DNA of 47,425 nucleotides, taken from positions 1 through 47,425 of the forward strand of contig CAZKID010000002.1 in assembly GCA_964552405.1 (NCBI GenBank). Direction: 5' to 3'. A program made the position numbers and the translations under genes. This DNA comes from an uncultured Thermoanaerobaculia bacterium (lineage in GTDB: Bacteria; Acidobacteriota; Thermoanaerobaculia; Gp7-AA8). Below the pieces are notes generated by a model. The model was not told the DNA's origin. It did no database searches and worked only from the letters and a program-made list of their open reading frames with translations. Below are positions 45,135 through 47,425 of this stretch, piece by piece. Numbering within the stretch: position 1 is the first letter of the stretch; every line of letters starts with the position of its first letter.

Positions 45135-46529
45135 ATGAAAGTCTCTTTCGTTACTCATGGTGCTTGTCTGGTTCTGCTTGCCTCGATGATGAGCGCCGGT
45201 GCAGCACCGTCCTTTCCCGTCGTCAAACAGATCAGCGGTCCGGGACGGCAGCTTGCTCTTACGGTTGCCGTCGATCGCGCGGGCAACTTCGCGATCGCCG
45301 GCTCGCTCGAGGGAAGCGCAGATTTCGGCGGTGGCGCACTCGCTGCCAATAAAGGCGATCGCGACATGTTCGTCGCGAAATACGATCGTCGCGGCAACTA
45401 TCTGTGGAGCAAACGCTTCGGTACAGATGGCGACGACCTTTTCATCCAGGCTCGTTTCGACTCGACTGGCAACCTGGTTCTCGCCGGCGAAATTGGAGGG
45501 AAGGGCGCGGATTTCGGTGGCGGCATTGTCGATTCCAAAGGGCAGTACGACATCATCCTTCTCAAGCTCGCGCCCGACGGCTCATACCTCTGGGCAAAAC
45601 GGTTCGGCGATGACGGCTATCAGCGCGCCGACGCCATGGATATCGACGCGCATGACAACATTGTGCTCGTTGGCACGTTCGGAGGTCATGTCGATTTCGG
45701 ATCGGGTGCGCTGAGCGGGAACGCGTATCTTGCAAAGTTCGGCTCTGATGGCGAGGCGCTCTTCAGCCGCGCATTTTCGGTAGGCGGCCATTTCCTCGAA
45801 TTTGACAAGGTTGCGGTGAGTCGGAACGGCGAGATTGCCCTATCGGGGGTCTTCTCGGGGGAGGTCAACCTCGGCGGTGATCCCTTCACGACGGCCGACA
45901 CGAGCACCATCAGAACTGTCGTTGCCAGCTTCTCGTCGACGGGGACACACCTCTGGAGCAAGGCGTATCCAGCGCTAGGCTCTGCTCTGGCCTTCGGTCC
46001 GGGGGGCGAGCTTTACGCGTGGCTTTACATTCGGGACCCGGAGTTCCTCGGTTATGGTCGCGACTCTGTCATTTTCCGCTTCGATTCCTCAGGCGACGCT
46101 GTGCTATGGAAGCACTTCGGTGAGGATCTCTTTCCGACCATGGAGAATCCCTCGCTCGTGGTGGACAACTCCGGAACCGTTTCCCTGGTAGGCTCCATCG
46201 ACGGCTACACGGACTTCGGCGGCATCGTGTTCGTCTCACAGTCCTACGACATCGCATTCGCACGGTACGACGCGAACGGACGGTTGATCTGCAGCGCTCT
46301 GTACGGCGACAAGAAACCTCAATTCATCGCGGCTCTTGCCACGACACCGGACGACGGGCTCGTGCTCGCAGGAAGTTTCGACGGCTCGATCCGGATTGGC
46401 GACGTCTCACTTTACGACTCTGACGGCAGCGCCTCATCAAAGACGACGGAACAGACCGAGGAAGACATCTTCTTCGCGATCATGGATCCTACGTCCCCTC
46501 CCCCGCCAAGACGGCATGCAGCGCGTTGA
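45135..46529 (+). CDS. secreted beta-propeller repeat protein (SBBP-like)
   Basis: Signal peptide 'MKVSFVTHGACLVLLASMMSAGA'. About 8 repeats of 'D..GN..LAG...G..DFGGG'. Confidence 0.7.
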   Translation: MKVSFVTHGACLVLLASMMSAGAAPSFPVVKQISGPGRQLALTVAVDRAGNFAIAGSLEGSADFGGGALAANKGDRDMFVAKYDRRGNYLWSKRFGTDGDDLFIQARFDSTGNLVLAGEIGGKGADFGGGIVDSKGQYDIILLKLAPDGSYLWAKRFGDDGYQRADAMDIDAHDNIVLVGTFGGHVDFGSGALSGNAYLAKFGSDGEALFSRAFSVGGHFLEFDKVAVSRNGEIALSGVFSGEVNLGGDPFTTADTSTIRTVVASFSSTGTHLWSKAYPALGSALAFGPGGELYAWLYIRDPEFLGYGRDSVIFRFDSSGDAVLWKHFGEDLFPTMENPSLVVDNSGTVSLVGSIDGYTDFGGIVFVSQSYDIAFARYDANGRLICSALYGDKKPQFIAALATTPDDGLVLAGSFDGSIRIGDVSLYDSDGSASSKTTEQTEEDIFFAIMDPTSPPPPRRHAAR

Positions 46530-46540
46530 GCATCACGTTC

Positions 46541-47425
46541 TCAAACCACAGTCTTCTTGAACGCCCGCGTGCTCACCGCGATCAGGACCGTGGAGATCGC
46601 GAGCAGGGAACAGACCGGCTGCCAGAGGTCCGCAAACGTCGCTCCGCGAATCACCACGCCACGAGCGATCCTGATGAAGTGCGTCGCGGGCAATCCATAC
46701 GAGATCACACGCAAGGGAACCGGCAGCGACGAGATCGGAAAGATGTATCCGGACAAGAGCACGGACGGCAACATGATTCCCATCGCGAGCTGCATGGCTT
46801 CCATCTGTGACTTGGCGCGGGAAGAGATCAGCAGACCGAATGACAGCAACGCAAGGAGATAGACCGACGAAAGAATGAGCAGCAGCGCAAGGCTGCCGTG
46901 AATCGGCACCTGAAATCCCCAGCGCATCAGTGTCAGCACAATCAGCAACGTCACATACGCCACGCCCATGTAGGGAAGAATCTTTCCGAGGACGACGGCG
47001 AGAGGCGAGACGGGGGTGACCATCAGCTGCTCGAGAGTTCCGCGCTCGCGCTCCTTCACGATGGCGAACGCGGAAAGAATCGTTCCCGAAAACGTCAGCA
47101 GAATTGCGATCAACCCGGGAATCAGAAGATTCGCACTGCGCATGTCTGGATTGAAGAGCATTTGAGGATGCGCTTCGACCGGAGGTTGAACGCGCGCCGT
47201 CGCCATCCTCTCGATGTCGTTCGAGAGCACGACGCCATTCGCGGCGGAGAGAGCTTGCGATGCAACACTCGAATCCGAGCCGTCGATCAGCACGAGCACA
47301 TGCGCCTGCCGGCCCATCGCGAGGTTGCGCGCGTAATCCGGCGGAATCTCCACTGCAACCTGCGCGTGACCTGCAACGATCGCGTGCTGCAGTTCGGCAC
47401 GTGAGGACGCGTGCTGCGTCACGCG
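46541..47425 (-). CDS. ABC-2-type transporter permease (YbhS/YhhJ-like), 5' end outside the window
   Basis: C-terminal 290+ aa with a periplasmic-loop segment followed by 5 TM helices. The frame stays open to the window edge. Confidence 0.75.
   Translation of the reverse strand, partial: RVTQHASSRAELQHAIVAGHAQVAVEIPPDYARNLAMGRQAHVLVLIDGSDSSVASQALSAANGVVLSNDIERMATARVQPPVEAHPQMLFNPDMRSANLLIPGLIAILLTFSGTILSAFAIVKERERGTLEQLMVTPVSPLAVVLGKILPYMGVAYVTLLIVLTLMRWGFQVPIHGSLALLLILSSVYLLALLSFGLLISSRAKSQMEAMQLAMGIMLPSVLLSGYIFPISSLPVPLRVISYGLPATHFIRIARGVVIRGATFADLWQPVCSLLAISTVLIAVSTRAFKKTVV

Noticed and set aside
1-47425. Looked for tRNA/rRNA, CRISPR repeats, IS elements/transposases/integrases, toxin-antitoxin pairs and known defence-system signatures.
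   Set aside because: None were recognisable by eye: no T-loop GGTTCGAATCC-type sequences outside CDS, no regularly spaced direct repeats, and no DDE or tyrosine-recombinase motifs. A computational scan (tRNAscan-SE, Infernal/Rfam, PADLOC/DefenseFinder) would be needed to confirm this.

Overview
Gene-dense, clearly high-GC bacterial chromosomal window. GC was not computed. The repeat families and gene content feel like a soil Acidobacteria-type genome, but that is a guess. I support about 45 protein-coding genes and found no rRNA, tRNA, CRISPR array, transposase or integrase. Because of the GC content, the ORF track contains many long antisense shadow ORFs, which I did not call. Starts were refined by hand using family-typical N-termini, SD-like motifs and ATGA/GTGA overlaps; the track's 'M' is sometimes a GTG or TTG codon.

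Layout:
- 1-12.5 kb: miscellaneous metabolism (DUF2231, SDR, GH15, YdiJ-like FAD/Fe-S oxidoreductase, ArsR-membrane-rhodanese trio, enolase-superfamily plus PoxB-like pair, AtoE).
- 12.5-16 kb: ECF sigma / anti-sigma / HEAT-repeat operon, divergent from a DUF4097-like gene.
- 16-21.5 kb: co-directional array of DedA-rhodanese fusion, SAM methyltransferase, nucleotidyltransferase, metallophosphoesterase, EgtB/OvoA-like sulfoxide synthase and atypical Fe/Mn-SOD-like protein.
- 21.5-28 kb: 1158-aa GH18-like/CE4/GT2 exopolysaccharide enzyme and an ABC-2 exporter.
- 28-40 kb: polysaccharide locus (DegT aminotransferase, GNAT, DUF2334, Wzm/Wzt, fused double GT4) flanked by amidoligase-type genes (ATP-grasp, YbdK/GCS2, GATase1, esterase).
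- 40-47.4 kb: housekeeping (UdgX-type UDG, recA, rluA-like, hslVU, hemerythrin, SBBP beta-propeller protein, partial ABC-2 permease).

Most interesting observation: the DedA-rhodanese ORF is interrupted by an in-frame TGA inside the rhodanese active-site loop. Read-through restores the rest of the domain and ends in an ATGA overlap with the next gene, and a SECIS-like hairpin follows the TGA. This is either a candidate selenocysteine site or a very recent pseudogene.

Other notable points: an EgtB-like gene without EgtD in an unusual operon, an amidoligase set around the polysaccharide locus, an inverted heptad-repeat structure in the ECF divergent promoter region, and two families of REP-like palindromes.
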